DNA of 59,175 nt, counting the filler, from Candidatus Woesearchaeota archaeon (GTDB taxonomy: Archaea; Nanobdellota; Nanobdellia; Woesearchaeales; GCA-2685855), in NCBI GenBank assembly GCA_002685855.1. It is 4 parts of 4 records of this genome, joined end to end, with 100 filler letters (N's around TTAATTAATTAA, not from the genome) between each part and the next. Parts side by side here need not be neighbours in the genome. Positions count along the whole stretch, not along the records: positions 13,878 to 41,257 come from NYYS01000036.1; 3 more parts are not named here. One strand, 5' to 3'. Below are positions 19,501-28,211 of the stretch, one piece after another (within the stretch, counting starts at the first letter, position 1; the number at the start of each line of letters is the position of its first letter). The notes under the pieces were generated by a model. It had not been told where the DNA came from. It was given only the letters and a program-made list of their open reading frames with translations, and did no database searches. Position numbers and translations under genes: made by a program.

Positions 19501-20837
19501 TTGCATTTGCAATAAACTTCACAGACATGTCCGGCGGACAACAGGAAGTAGCACTCATCATCAGAAACAACCCTCCAGTCATCCTCGAACCCATCCCAGA
19601 CATCACCATAGAAGATAATGAAGTCTTCATCTTCGACCTCACCCAATACGAATCAGACCTCGAAGACGGACCTGCAGCAGACAACAACCATCTCACCTGG
19701 CAGATCACACACTCAGGCAACTATTTCGATGCAGAAATAAACACAAACGACCAGTTGTCATTAACACCAATCGCAGTAGGATCAGAACAGGTCACCCTCA
19801 CCCTCTCAGACTGGGATAAAGACACAGACGACACAACAATAACAATCACCATAACACAGGAAGCACTCAACCAGCCACCCGTTGCAACCATCCTCAACCC
19901 ATTCAACGGACAAACATTCACAGACATCGACCTCATCGACTTTATCGGACAGGTCATCGACCCAGAACAAGGTGAACTCTCAGGCAACGATGTCTGGTGG
20001 GAATCAGACATAGACGGCTTCATCGGATACGGAACAACCCAGACAACAACCCTATCAATCGGACAACACACCATAACCCTAACCGGCCAGGACAACTATA
20101 CACTAAGAGGAACAGACACCATAACACTCAACATCGAAGAATTCGTTCCAGCAATAATTGCAGACGCAGGCGGACCCTACAAAGGAAGAAAAGGTGACAC
20201 CCTTACAATAGATGGATCAGGTTCAACAGGAAACATCACCCTCTACAGCTGGGACTTCGGAGACGGAACACAACTCAACTCAACACTTCCAATCGTAGAA
20301 CATGCCTACACCCACCTCGGCATCTACACCGTAACACTCACCGTCTACGACGAACTCTGGTTCTCACACACAGACACAACCACTGCATCCATCGACGCAC
20401 AAAAAGCATGCAGCGACGGACTCGACAACGACGGCGACGGCTACACAGACATGGAAGACCCCGGCTGCACCTACCCAGGAGACCCCTCTGAACAAAACCT
20501 AAACACCTTTGCAGAAGAAGGCCTCAAGATCAGCAAGGTATCCATCTACGGACACGACTGGCAATATGTACGAATAGGAGACTCTCTCGTAGTCCAGGCA
20601 CAATTCGAAAACAACGGACACGACGACCTCGACAGCCTAAGAATGACCGTCATGATACCCGAACTCGGCATCAAACGTAATTCTGGATTGTTCGACCTCC
20701 ATCCCGGCGATAGAACAAGCAAAGACCTCATCATCGACATCCCCTACTACGCCTGGGAAGACGAATTCAACGTAAACATCCAAGTCACAAACGACGATCT
20801 TAGAAGAAGCATGTGGCGCTATGTGATTGTCGAATAA
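16524..20837 (+). CDS. Large cell-surface protein with tandem Ig-like (tandem-95/cadherin-like), PKD and CARDB-like domains
   Basis: Signal peptide; repeated NEDT..IDLDDYFSDPD...VNDAP; PKD motifs WDFDDDG and WDFGDG; CSDGLDNDGDGYTDMEDPGC motif. Confidence 0.9.
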   Translation: MKEKLTIAFVLITLLITPIVLASLATGDWTENLETEITITEGESAEFEFRIQALSGTPYTVILFDDSEQELHTFAEGITRANFARGTETVLPSHYQTPGSYYVHIWVGDDGYGPDVQILDLTVREEGQTNNPPNLEDPDDVTVTENDLVTIDIYASDIDLDTLDYSTDALFGSLRKISNEHAQFTWQTTIGDKGIYLVTFTVDDGNNGTDSETVRITVNEFIQPNRPPTLNKDIEDQEWNEDTSTTIDLDDYFSDPDFDTLEYSATPVQNIDINIVGSIATLTPDANFNYVENGLRYTTFTADDGQYKTNSNVVTLKVLPVNDAPVITNIPGETVQAPERFATFDLDDFVSDVDHNDNQLDWEVSGNTELDVQISNSHIVTIIYPNGFTGSETLTFTVTNPEDASDSDTATFTVTEEDNNPPVFDGPIPPIEWNEDTSTTIDLDDYFSDPDQDPLIYTATPTANIDIDVFGSIATLTPDVNFNYVENGLRFTTFTADDGEYKVNSNIVELKVLPVNDAPVITNIPGQTVQAPTEFATFDLDDFVSDIDHNDNELEWEVTGNTELDVEISRFNVVTITYQEGFSGSEVLTFTVTDPEEASDSDTATFTVTEEANQPPEFNSPIPEQEWNEDTATTLDLDDYFSDPDHDPLIYTATPVQNIDIDIQDNIATLTPDANFNYELNGLRYTTFTADDGQYKTNSNIVTLKVLPVNDAPTADFTWDPQNPEVNEPISFDGSLSSDIDGDTLTYEWDFDDDGEPDAFTEKPTHTYTEPGQYPVTLNVSDGELWDESIQIVFVGGELEITSIECFDILVEGFNQSCSVYVEANNVPLGEADVDVYYTVEGNPTYLGSCTTNNISGGCSVKNEINITGNFTAYAEAHKLGYTPDTDKDPDFDFQVISHRYDIENLKLFNDSQFTQEDYDYFRGEPFWASFSVRDKLTGFLVDDIVTEVELVSDPGGRIDLEEITGLQQPGFYYYELEMIPLTHDFLGESHTFAFAINFTDMSGGQQEVALIIRNNPPVILEPIPDITIEDNEVFIFDLTQYESDLEDGPAADNNHLTWQITHSGNYFDAEINTNDQLSLTPIAVGSEQVTLTLSDWDKDTDDTTITITITQEALNQPPVATILNPFNGQTFTDIDLIDFIGQVIDPEQGELSGNDVWWESDIDGFIGYGTTQTTTLSIGQHTITLTGQDNYTLRGTDTITLNIEEFVPAIIADAGGPYKGRKGDTLTIDGSGSTGNITLYSWDFGDGTQLNSTLPIVEHAYTHLGIYTVTLTVYDELWFSHTDTTTASIDAQKACSDGLDNDGDGYTDMEDPGCTYPGDPSEQNLNTFAEEGLKISKVSIYGHDWQYVRIGDSLVVQAQFENNGHDDLDSLRMTVMIPELGIKRNSGLFDLHPGDRTSKDLIIDIPYYAWEDEFNVNIQVTNDDLRRSMWRYVIVE
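17200..18660 (+). repeat. Intragenic tandem duplication, 582-nt (194-aa) unit, about 2.5 copies
   Basis: TGGAACGAAGA at 17238, 17820 and 18402, with similar downstream sequence in each copy. Boundaries approximate. Confidence 0.88.
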
Positions 20838-20853
20838 TTCTTTTTTTTCTTTT
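20838..20853 (+). terminator. Oligo-T archaeal terminator
   Basis: TTCTTTTTTTTCTTTT directly after the stop codon. Confidence 0.55.
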
Positions 20854-20880
20854 CATTGCCTATCTTCTTTGAGCTCTTAA

Positions 20881-21303
20881 CTATCTAATGGGAGAATCTT
20901 TACCTTCCTTCAGTAGCTCTGTTGTTGAATAAACCTTGACCTTGTTCTGTTCCTTCAACCTTTTATCATTACTCCAAAATCCACATTTTAATTTTAATGC
21001 AAGCGCAAAATATTCTGTGTCGTTTGGATCTGGAGAAAATTTTTCAGATTCAGGAATATAGTTCTCAAAATCTGAATAAGGAATAAAGTCTATCCTTGTT
21101 GAAATAATAGATAAAAATAGATCAAATTCAGACTTTGAAAGTTTTGATTTAGTTAAAATCTCCTCTTTATATTTTTCAACTTCTTCTAGTAGAAACTCTG
21201 GTGCATACAATCTTAGTCGATCATTAAACACTAATTCACAACTCTTACCTTGGCTCGCAATCAATGCAGATATCAAAACATTTGCGTCAACAACTAATTC
21301 CAT
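20881..21303 (-). CDS. PIN-domain (VapC-like) toxin
   Basis: LVVDANVLIS, PEFLLEEV, DPNDTEYFALA and WSNDKRL acidic PIN motifs. Confidence 0.88.
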   Translation of the reverse strand: MELVVDANVLISALIASQGKSCELVFNDRLRLYAPEFLLEEVEKYKEEILTKSKLSKSEFDLFLSIISTRIDFIPYSDFENYIPESEKFSPDPNDTEYFALALKLKCGFWSNDKRLKEQNKVKVYSTTELLKEGKDSPIR

Positions 21304-21307
21304 CAAC

Positions 21308-21529
21308 CTAACCATTAAATCTTTCATGAAGAGATCTATTTATCTTTCTTCCTAATTCTAAAGCATCTTTCTCGCTTAACTTAGACTTAGCACAAATAGA
21401 TCTGAGTATCTTTAATTGTGAGACCTTATTTCGTATGGCTGTTCTAGCTACTTCAGACCAATTAATTTCACGGGATTCATCCATATCCTGTTTTAATTCT
21501 TCTGGGACCGATAAAGTTATAGTTGGCAT
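21308..21529 (-). CDS. Ribbon-helix-helix antitoxin
   Basis: MPTITLSVPEELKQDM...INWSEVARTAI with a GGAGGTG RBS; immediately upstream of the PIN gene. Confidence 0.85.
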   Translation of the reverse strand: MPTITLSVPEELKQDMDESREINWSEVARTAIRNKVSQLKILRSICAKSKLSEKDALELGRKINRSLHERFNG

Positions 21530-21911
21530 AAAACACCTCCAATAGATAATATATTTAATGCTGTGTAAATATTTAACATATATAAATCTTTTGATTGTTA
21601 GCACGTCCTCAAAACCTTTTTAAACCACCTGAGATACATACTACTGATAATAATCCTTTACGCATTCACCACAAGCATAGTAACAAACACAGGTGTGCAA
21701 ACGAATAAACTTCTCTAAATAAACAGAAAACCCTTTATTTTTACAATATGGAAAATAAATCTGATCCTCCTCGACACCGCAACGTTTATATACCAACATC
21801 AACTCTCGAATGGAAACATCGAGTTTTTACTCGAAAATGGTCATAAATCGAAATGTTTATATACAAGTTTCGGTTATGGAATTAAATTCATCCAAAGGGG
21901 GGTAGTATATA

Positions 21912-23231
21912 ATGAAAACCAACTTTTTAACCGTAATGGTAGTAATGTTTATCAGCGTCCTAAGCGCTGTAAGTGTTTCAGCAGTAGACGCACACATAGA
22001 ATATGCAAGAATTAATGGAGAAATCATAGATTTCACCAACAACAACGAACTCAGCCTCGAAGTCGAACGAGGAGAAGAACTTGACATCCGTGTCAAGGTC
22101 GTAGCTGACGCAGACGTAGAAAACTTCCAGGTCATGGGAGATATTGTCGGCTATAGATATTCTAACGATGAACATTCCAAGGTTCACGACGCATCAAAGA
22201 CATACGATCTCACGGAAAACGACACAAAATTCGTCGATCTCAACCTTGATGTCCCTATATTCATGGACAAAAAATATACACTGCTCAGATTCACTCTAGC
22301 AGATGAAAACTCTCAAAGCTTCACAAGAGACATCCAGCTCCACGTAACAGGAATTGATGAAGATGACGCAATCCGAATCGATGACTGGGAATTCTCACCT
22401 TCCAACGAAATCATGGCAGGACGAGCATTCACAGCCCTTGTTAATGTAGAAAACATCGGAGACGATGATCTGGACGACATCAAAGTAACAGTAAGAATCC
22501 CTTCATTGGGCGTTCAGGACTCAGAATTCCTAGACGAACTCGAAGCAGATGAAGACGAAACCTTTGAAGAACTCCTCCTTAGAGTTCCTGATTGTACAGA
22601 ACCTGGTCTCTACGACGTAGAAATCGAAGTGGAATTCGATAGATTCAACTCAGTTACAGCAAGCGACACAATAACAGTTGTTGAAAACGAACTTTGTGGC
22701 CTTGAAGAGGAAGAAGAAGAGGAAGAAGAAGAGAACAACCATGAAGACCTGGAAGATTCCAGAACAGTTATCAGTGTTCCTGGCTCCCAAACTGTAACCG
22801 TAGGAACAGGCGGAGTAACCTATCCTGTTGTGATAAGCAATGAAGGAAAGACAGCCAAAACCTATACATTGACAGTTGAAGGTGCAGCCTCATGGGCAAC
22901 AACACGACTCGATCCTGGATCCCAAGTCGTTGTAGGCTCTCATGACACAGAAACAGTATTCCTCTACGTGACCCCTCTTGACGATGCAGAAGCAGGTCAG
23001 AAGGTTTTTACCGTAACCCTTGAGTCTGGGGATGAAAAGAAAGAGATCCCACTCACTGCAGACGTTGTCGCAGCTCCTAGCGGAGATGGTACGAGCGGAG
23101 GACTTGTCAGAGGTCTTCAAGTTGCACTCATCGTTTTAGTTATCATCCTGATCATCCTCGGTCTTGTTGTTGGATTCAACAAGATGAAGGACTCAGATGA
23201 TGAAGATGACGAAAACCAAACCTATTATTAG
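21912..23231 (+). CDS. S-layer-like membrane-anchored protein with CARDB/Ig domains
   Basis: Signal peptide, VNVENIG CARDB motif, poly-Glu linker, C-terminal TM and acidic tail ending TYY, followed by an oligo-T tract. Confidence 0.8.
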   Translation: MKTNFLTVMVVMFISVLSAVSVSAVDAHIEYARINGEIIDFTNNNELSLEVERGEELDIRVKVVADADVENFQVMGDIVGYRYSNDEHSKVHDASKTYDLTENDTKFVDLNLDVPIFMDKKYTLLRFTLADENSQSFTRDIQLHVTGIDEDDAIRIDDWEFSPSNEIMAGRAFTALVNVENIGDDDLDDIKVTVRIPSLGVQDSEFLDELEADEDETFEELLLRVPDCTEPGLYDVEIEVEFDRFNSVTASDTITVVENELCGLEEEEEEEEEENNHEDLEDSRTVISVPGSQTVTVGTGGVTYPVVISNEGKTAKTYTLTVEGAASWATTRLDPGSQVVVGSHDTETVFLYVTPLDDAEAGQKVFTVTLESGDEKKEIPLTADVVAAPSGDGTSGGLVRGLQVALIVLVIILIILGLVVGFNKMKDSDDEDDENQTYY

Positions 23232-23308
23232 GTTTTTTTTCTTTTTTTATAATATTTTTTTAATACATAAACGTTCTGGACTTTGTGAGGGTCTGGTGAG
23301 GGGAACAA

Positions 23309-25207
23309 ATGAATCAAAGGATAGAAAAGGTGTCCACCATCAGGAAGTCATTCTTATTCCTTGCACTACTATCACTTCTTTTTGTACCCAGTGTCACATC
23401 AGAATTTGTAGTTTACACCTATGACAACATTCACGACTTCACAATCTCCTCACCCTCATCTGCAGTACGCATGTGTGCCTGTTCTCAGCTACAAGACACA
23501 ATCATTATAAAGAACACAGGTAACTATGCCGCAATCTTTACCCTATCAACAGACCAGCCTGGCATCGTCTCCTACTCAGACACATTTTTCTTCCTTGAAT
23601 CAGGACAGTCAAAAAAAGTAACCCTCTACCTCACAGCAAACTGTGACGTCACAGCCCACACAACCTATTCCACCTTTGTCAAAACCAACTATGGAAAAAT
23701 CCAGGAACTCAAAAAAACTATTGCCATCGGAATCTGCCAAAACATTGCTATGGGGGTCTCTTCACCCATAACAGAAACCCTCCCTTGTACAGCTGTTCCT
23801 TTTGACATCTACATAAAAAACACAGGCTTCTACGCAGACAGATACACAATAGGAGTTCCAAACCATGAACAGGACGTTTTTGTTACAGAAAACGGCTTTC
23901 TTCTCCAACCCGGAGAAAACCGCACCATTGGTGCACTCCTCAACCTCTCCTGCGGAACCTACGGAGAACAAGATATCTTCTTCACAGCAAAAGCAGAAAA
24001 GTCAGACCTTCTCACATCACAAAGATACAATCTTACAATCAACGATGACTACAACTACACAACTGAAATAATTGACACCACCCTCTGCGAGTTTGATAAC
24101 ACAATCTCCATCTCTCTTTCCAATCAGGGATCTATAAAGAACACATACTCGCTCATGCTAACAGGCCCACTATTCCTCTCACTAAAAAATAACACAATAG
24201 AAGTAGCTCCCTATTCCACAGAAGTCATCACCCTAACCCTTGATTCTGATCAGATGAACAATACCGGCTCATTCGAGTACAAACTAACTATAAAACCCGA
24301 GTTTGGCGATCTTGAACAAACCCTGGAAGAAACATTCGAGATCCTCAACTGCCACGACCTCACACTAACTATGGATGTAGACACCCTCTGCTCAGACACC
24401 GAAACAACCACAGTAACCCTCCACAACAATGGCGTACTCAACGAAGTCCTCGAAGTCACAACACCGGACACCAACGTACTCCCCATTCCTGCCAACCTCA
24501 CTATTGAATCTGAAGAAGAGGTCATGATAGACCTCCTACTCGCTGAATTGGACAGCGACCCGTTTGACATGACCCTTCGCTTCACACACAGCGATGATAG
24601 GACATCCTCTTTCCTCCTCTCTTATAAAATCCTCAACACATCAACCTGTAAAGCAGTCACCTTTAGAGATACAGACGAAACCCTCTTCCATGGAGAAAAC
24701 TCCTACAGTCTCATCCTGGAACATACAGGATACGAAGCAGCAACCTATGCAATATATCACGAAACAGCCAACCCCTGGTGGAAACTCCAGACAACAGATG
24801 ATATCTACCTTGAACCTGGCCAGGCAGTCCTAATCAATTTCTCTGCAGACCCTGAGAACAGTTCTGAAGACTACTATTCTGCCCTAACACTCACAACAGA
24901 CGACCTCACCTACACCTATGAGCACCTTCTCAGAGTTCGAGCACCAACATGGCAGAACAGACTCTGGGACTTTGTAACTTCAACAACCGAAATCATAAGC
25001 CTAACAATCCTTATCCTTCTATTACTCCTATTCATCATCTATCTCCTGATCGTATTCATCATCAGAAAGATCAAACAACTCTGGCTCAAGTGGATAGCAT
25101 ACAGAAGAAGAAAAAGAGAAGAACGCTTTATTCGAAGAGCAAAAGACATTATCAACATAATCGAATCAGTCTTTGAGCCCTATGCTCCTCCTAAAAAGAA
25201 GGGATAA
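23309..25207 (+). CDS. Multi-Ig-domain membrane-anchored surface protein
   Basis: Signal peptide, repeated IKNTG/LSNQG/LHNNG Ig starts, and a C-terminal TM with basic tail. Confidence 0.8.
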   Translation: MNQRIEKVSTIRKSFLFLALLSLLFVPSVTSEFVVYTYDNIHDFTISSPSSAVRMCACSQLQDTIIIKNTGNYAAIFTLSTDQPGIVSYSDTFFFLESGQSKKVTLYLTANCDVTAHTTYSTFVKTNYGKIQELKKTIAIGICQNIAMGVSSPITETLPCTAVPFDIYIKNTGFYADRYTIGVPNHEQDVFVTENGFLLQPGENRTIGALLNLSCGTYGEQDIFFTAKAEKSDLLTSQRYNLTINDDYNYTTEIIDTTLCEFDNTISISLSNQGSIKNTYSLMLTGPLFLSLKNNTIEVAPYSTEVITLTLDSDQMNNTGSFEYKLTIKPEFGDLEQTLEETFEILNCHDLTLTMDVDTLCSDTETTTVTLHNNGVLNEVLEVTTPDTNVLPIPANLTIESEEEVMIDLLLAELDSDPFDMTLRFTHSDDRTSSFLLSYKILNTSTCKAVTFRDTDETLFHGENSYSLILEHTGYEAATYAIYHETANPWWKLQTTDDIYLEPGQAVLINFSADPENSSEDYYSALTLTTDDLTYTYEHLLRVRAPTWQNRLWDFVTSTTEIISLTILILLLLLFIIYLLIVFIIRKIKQLWLKWIAYRRRKREERFIRRAKDIINIIESVFEPYAPPKKKG

Positions 25208-25210
25208 ACC

Positions 25211-26101
25211 ATGACCGAACAGCCTATCAATAAACGGAAACTCAAAATTCTCTTAGCCAGAAAGGAGAAGTTAAAAGAACTCGTTCCTCAGAAAGAGAAA
25301 AACCTGGATGAGTGCGAAGACAGCCTCCAAAAAACTATTAATGCACTCAACGACATGGGAGATGATTGGCTTGACACAGCGCAGAAACACAAACAAAACA
25401 TGCTTGAAAAAAGAGGAGAAAGAAAACCCAAAAAACCCCGAAAAAAACTCTCCCTAAAAGGCCTCTCGATCGTCCTCGGAATCCTTTGGATCATCCTTCT
25501 CATACTCCTCTTACTCTTTGTCAGATTCCCCTTGGCCCCTTACGAGCTCCCAAGCACTGAATCAGACTCCTTTTATCACTTTAAAATCCTTGAAGATTCC
25601 TCCTTGGTCATGAACGTATCCAAGATGTGGGTAGATCCAGACAGAGACAACCTCACATTCACCCTCACAAAAACACCTACACTCACAACAACAGTAGAGG
25701 GATATATCCTAACATTTACCCCTGAACCAGACTGGTTTGGAGAAGCAACCTTCACAATCTCTGCTAAAGACTCAGAAGGCGCCATCACAAAAAGCCCGGA
25801 AATGACCCTTGAAGTCCTAGACGTGCCAGACCTCACCCTTCTAGACTACCTGCGGCTCTACAAGGCATGGCTCATCGCAATCATCGTCCTTATCTTCTTC
25901 CTCCTCCTCATATACTTAGCTAAAAGGAAAGAAGATGCCGACAAGGAAGAGGAAAAAGCCCGAAAAGAACGCCAACACAAGGTATCTCAGCAAAGAAGAG
26001 CCCTCAAAAAACAGATAAAAACAAAGCCAAAAAAATCCCCTTCTAAAAAAGAGCCCACCCCAGAAGAGCGAGAACGCGAACTCGAAGAGCCTTTTTATTA
26101 G
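25211..26101 (+). CDS. Two-TM protein with one Ig-like (tandem-95-type) domain
   Basis: EDSS...VDPDRDNLTF...PDWFGEATFTISAKD lies between two TM helices. Confidence 0.75.
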   Translation: MTEQPINKRKLKILLARKEKLKELVPQKEKNLDECEDSLQKTINALNDMGDDWLDTAQKHKQNMLEKRGERKPKKPRKKLSLKGLSIVLGILWIILLILLLLFVRFPLAPYELPSTESDSFYHFKILEDSSLVMNVSKMWVDPDRDNLTFTLTKTPTLTTTVEGYILTFTPEPDWFGEATFTISAKDSEGAITKSPEMTLEVLDVPDLTLLDYLRLYKAWLIAIIVLIFFLLLIYLAKRKEDADKEEEKARKERQHKVSQQRRALKKQIKTKPKKSPSKKEPTPEERERELEEPFY

Positions 26102-26114
26102 AAACGTTTATAAA
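26101..26114 (+). promoter_or_regulatory. BRE/TATA promoter of tRNA-Trp
   Basis: GAAACGTTTATAAA ends 25 nt before the tRNA 5' end. Confidence 0.6.
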
Positions 26115-26139
26115 TTAACTTCTTGTCCTTTTACAAGCT

Positions 26140-26327
26140 GGGGACGTAGTATAACCTGGCTAGAGATGCATACTGCATCAGTCAAAATGGGTGGCTCCAG
26201 CTATGGAGCAATGAGCGTAAGCGATGATTTCAAACCTGGTATGTCGGATTGCTCCGAAGAAGATACCACCAGATTGGGGTTCAAAACGCAGACAAGCATA
26301 ACCTGCATGAAAGTCCCCACGTCCCCA
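26140..26327 (+). tRNA. tRNA-Trp(CCA) with three introns (26164-26185, 26201-26264, 26286-26313)
   Basis: Acceptor GGGGACG/CGTCCCC+A; anticodon arm GGTGG-CTCCAG^A-CCACC; T arm TGGGG-TTCAAA^T-CCCCA. Each insert sits in a BHB-like motif, and removing all three gives 74 nt. Confidence 0.9.
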
Positions 26328-26336
26328 CTTTTCCCC

Positions 26337-26525
26337 ATGTTCAAAAAAGAACCCGAAGAAGAAACAGTCCTTGAATACAAGTTCAGCCCACGGATGGCTA
26401 TCAAAGAAGGTGTTATTTCCTGGGATAAAGGGAAAACAAGCATCTCTATCCCTGTTGTTGATCCTAAAGAGCAGAAAGCCTTTGAAAAACGGTTTTCAAA
26501 CTATACAAAAAAGCAAAATCGATAG
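26337..26525 (+). CDS. Small hypothetical protein (62 aa)
   Basis: 3' half of the 26166 ORF, from the ATG just after tRNA-Trp (MFKKEPEEETVLEY...). Confidence 0.45.
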   Translation: MFKKEPEEETVLEYKFSPRMAIKEGVISWDKGKTSISIPVVDPKEQKAFEKRFSNYTKKQNR

Positions 26526-26575
26526 GTTTTTATAGCAGAAAAAATGGTTATTTTATAGGGGAGTTACATATTAAA

Positions 26576-27145
26576 ATGACGCAAAAAGATTTCAATAAAG
26601 AATTAGGTTCCTATCTGGGTAAACGTACAGAACAAAAGGAAAGCCCATTCAAACGCTTTAAGTTCATGCTTCAGCGGGATTTCGAAGAAGAAGTTCCTCC
26701 AGATATTAAACCAGGGGAAATCCATGTTGAATACAAAAAACCCTTCAACTTCTCCCGCCTCTTCTCCTTTGGAAAAAAAGAGGTTGATGATCTCGAAGAA
26801 GAATTTCCAGAAGAAGTGGAAGAAATAAAAGAGATCGAACAGGAAATCGACGAGCTTGAACACGTAGAAGAAGAAGTAGAAGAACGCAGAGAAGGACTGA
26901 TCGCCCTCCTCATCAACAAAATCCGCTCTCTCAACAAAGGAGAAAAAGAGCTCGAAGAAGAATTCGTTGAAGAAGTCTCCAAACTCACTGTAGACAAAGA
27001 CCTCAAAGAAGCATTCAGCATCGCCCACAACTGGATAGAAAAGCTCCCCCCCAAGAAAAAAGATGAATTCAAAAAAAGCCCTGAATTTCAGAGATACAAA
27101 GAAATTCTCAACAACTACGGCCTAATCAAGCCAAAAGAGGACTAA
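26576..27145 (+). CDS. Hypothetical acidic helical protein
   Basis: 189-aa Glu-rich ORF with a GGGGAG RBS. Confidence 0.75.
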   Translation: MTQKDFNKELGSYLGKRTEQKESPFKRFKFMLQRDFEEEVPPDIKPGEIHVEYKKPFNFSRLFSFGKKEVDDLEEEFPEEVEEIKEIEQEIDELEHVEEEVEERREGLIALLINKIRSLNKGEKELEEEFVEEVSKLTVDKDLKEAFSIAHNWIEKLPPKKKDEFKKSPEFQRYKEILNNYGLIKPKED

Positions 27146-27182
27146 CCCAAACATTTTTAAGACGATTTCTTTTCTCAAGCCG

Positions 27183-28160
27183 ATGTCAAAAATTGCAATA
27201 CTAGGAGGAGGAAACTTTGGAACAGCGCTCGCACAGCACCTCGCAAGAATAAACAAAGAGGTCATCCTCTACTCCATAGAACCCGAAGTGGTCCAGGACA
27301 TCAACACCCGCCATCATAACACAAAATATTGCGGAAACATACACCTTCTTCACAACATCACAGCCACCCAACAAATCTCTGAAGCAGTCCAAAAAGCAGA
27401 TGCCCTATTCATCGTTGTGCCATCTTTTGCAGTTGCAGAAGTCACCAAAAATATGCTTCCTCACCTCGACAAAAACACAATCATTGTAAGCACAGCCAAA
27501 GGCCTCACCCCAGAAGAAAAACGAATGTCTCAACTCCTGGAAGAGCTCCTTCCCAAAACATTCCATGACAAAATCGTTGCCCTTTCCGGACCCTCAATCG
27601 CTGGAGAACTCCTCATGGAGATGCCAACAGCAGTCGCCTTAGCCTCAAAAAAGATCGAATCAGCAAAACACGTATCAAAATATATGAACAACAAAAACTT
27701 CACAACAGAGATCAACACCGATGTCATCGGAGTAGAACTCGGCGGCTTTCTGAAAAACATCGTAGCCATCCTCTCAGGAATATCCAAAGGCCTTGTCAAA
27801 AGTGTAAACCTCCAGGCCGTCGTCGTAACACAAGCATACGCAGAGGTCATGACCATCGCAAAAGCTATGGGAGCAAAACAGGAAACCCTCCTCGGACTTT
27901 CAGGAATGGGAGACCTCTTAGTAACCTGCTTCAGCACAAAGAGCAGAAACAACCGCATGGGACAATACCTCGCAACAGGACTCTCTGTCGAAGAAGCAAA
28001 AGAAGCAGTAGGCCAGACAGTAGAAGGCGTTCACGCAACAAAAATCGCCTACCAGTTCGCCCAAAAAAAGAAGATAAACCTCCCTCTCCTCGAAAAACTC
28101 TATAAGGTCCTCTATGAAAACCGTCCTATAACACAAGACTTCTTCGAACTCAACTCCTGA
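27183..28160 (+). CDS. gpsA: NAD(P)H-dependent glycerol-3-phosphate dehydrogenase
   Basis: ILGGGNFGTALA, TAKGL, LSGPSIA, GVELGGFLKN, GDLLVTC..SRN and VEG. Confidence 0.95.
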   Translation: MSKIAILGGGNFGTALAQHLARINKEVILYSIEPEVVQDINTRHHNTKYCGNIHLLHNITATQQISEAVQKADALFIVVPSFAVAEVTKNMLPHLDKNTIIVSTAKGLTPEEKRMSQLLEELLPKTFHDKIVALSGPSIAGELLMEMPTAVALASKKIESAKHVSKYMNNKNFTTEINTDVIGVELGGFLKNIVAILSGISKGLVKSVNLQAVVVTQAYAEVMTIAKAMGAKQETLLGLSGMGDLLVTCFSTKSRNNRMGQYLATGLSVEEAKEAVGQTVEGVHATKIAYQFAQKKKINLPLLEKLYKVLYENRPITQDFFELNS

Positions 28161-28211
28161 CGGATTCAGACTATTCCAAAGTTTTAAATAACTTCAACAC
28201 CCCTCCACACC

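Noticed and set aside
22704..22733. GAA/GAG trinucleotide run
   Set aside because: In-frame poly-Glu linker; length changes would not shift frame, so not a phase-variation switch.
26166..26336. 5' half of the 119-aa ORF at 26166 and antisense ORF 26201-26443
   Set aside because: Overlaps the triple-intron tRNA-Trp.
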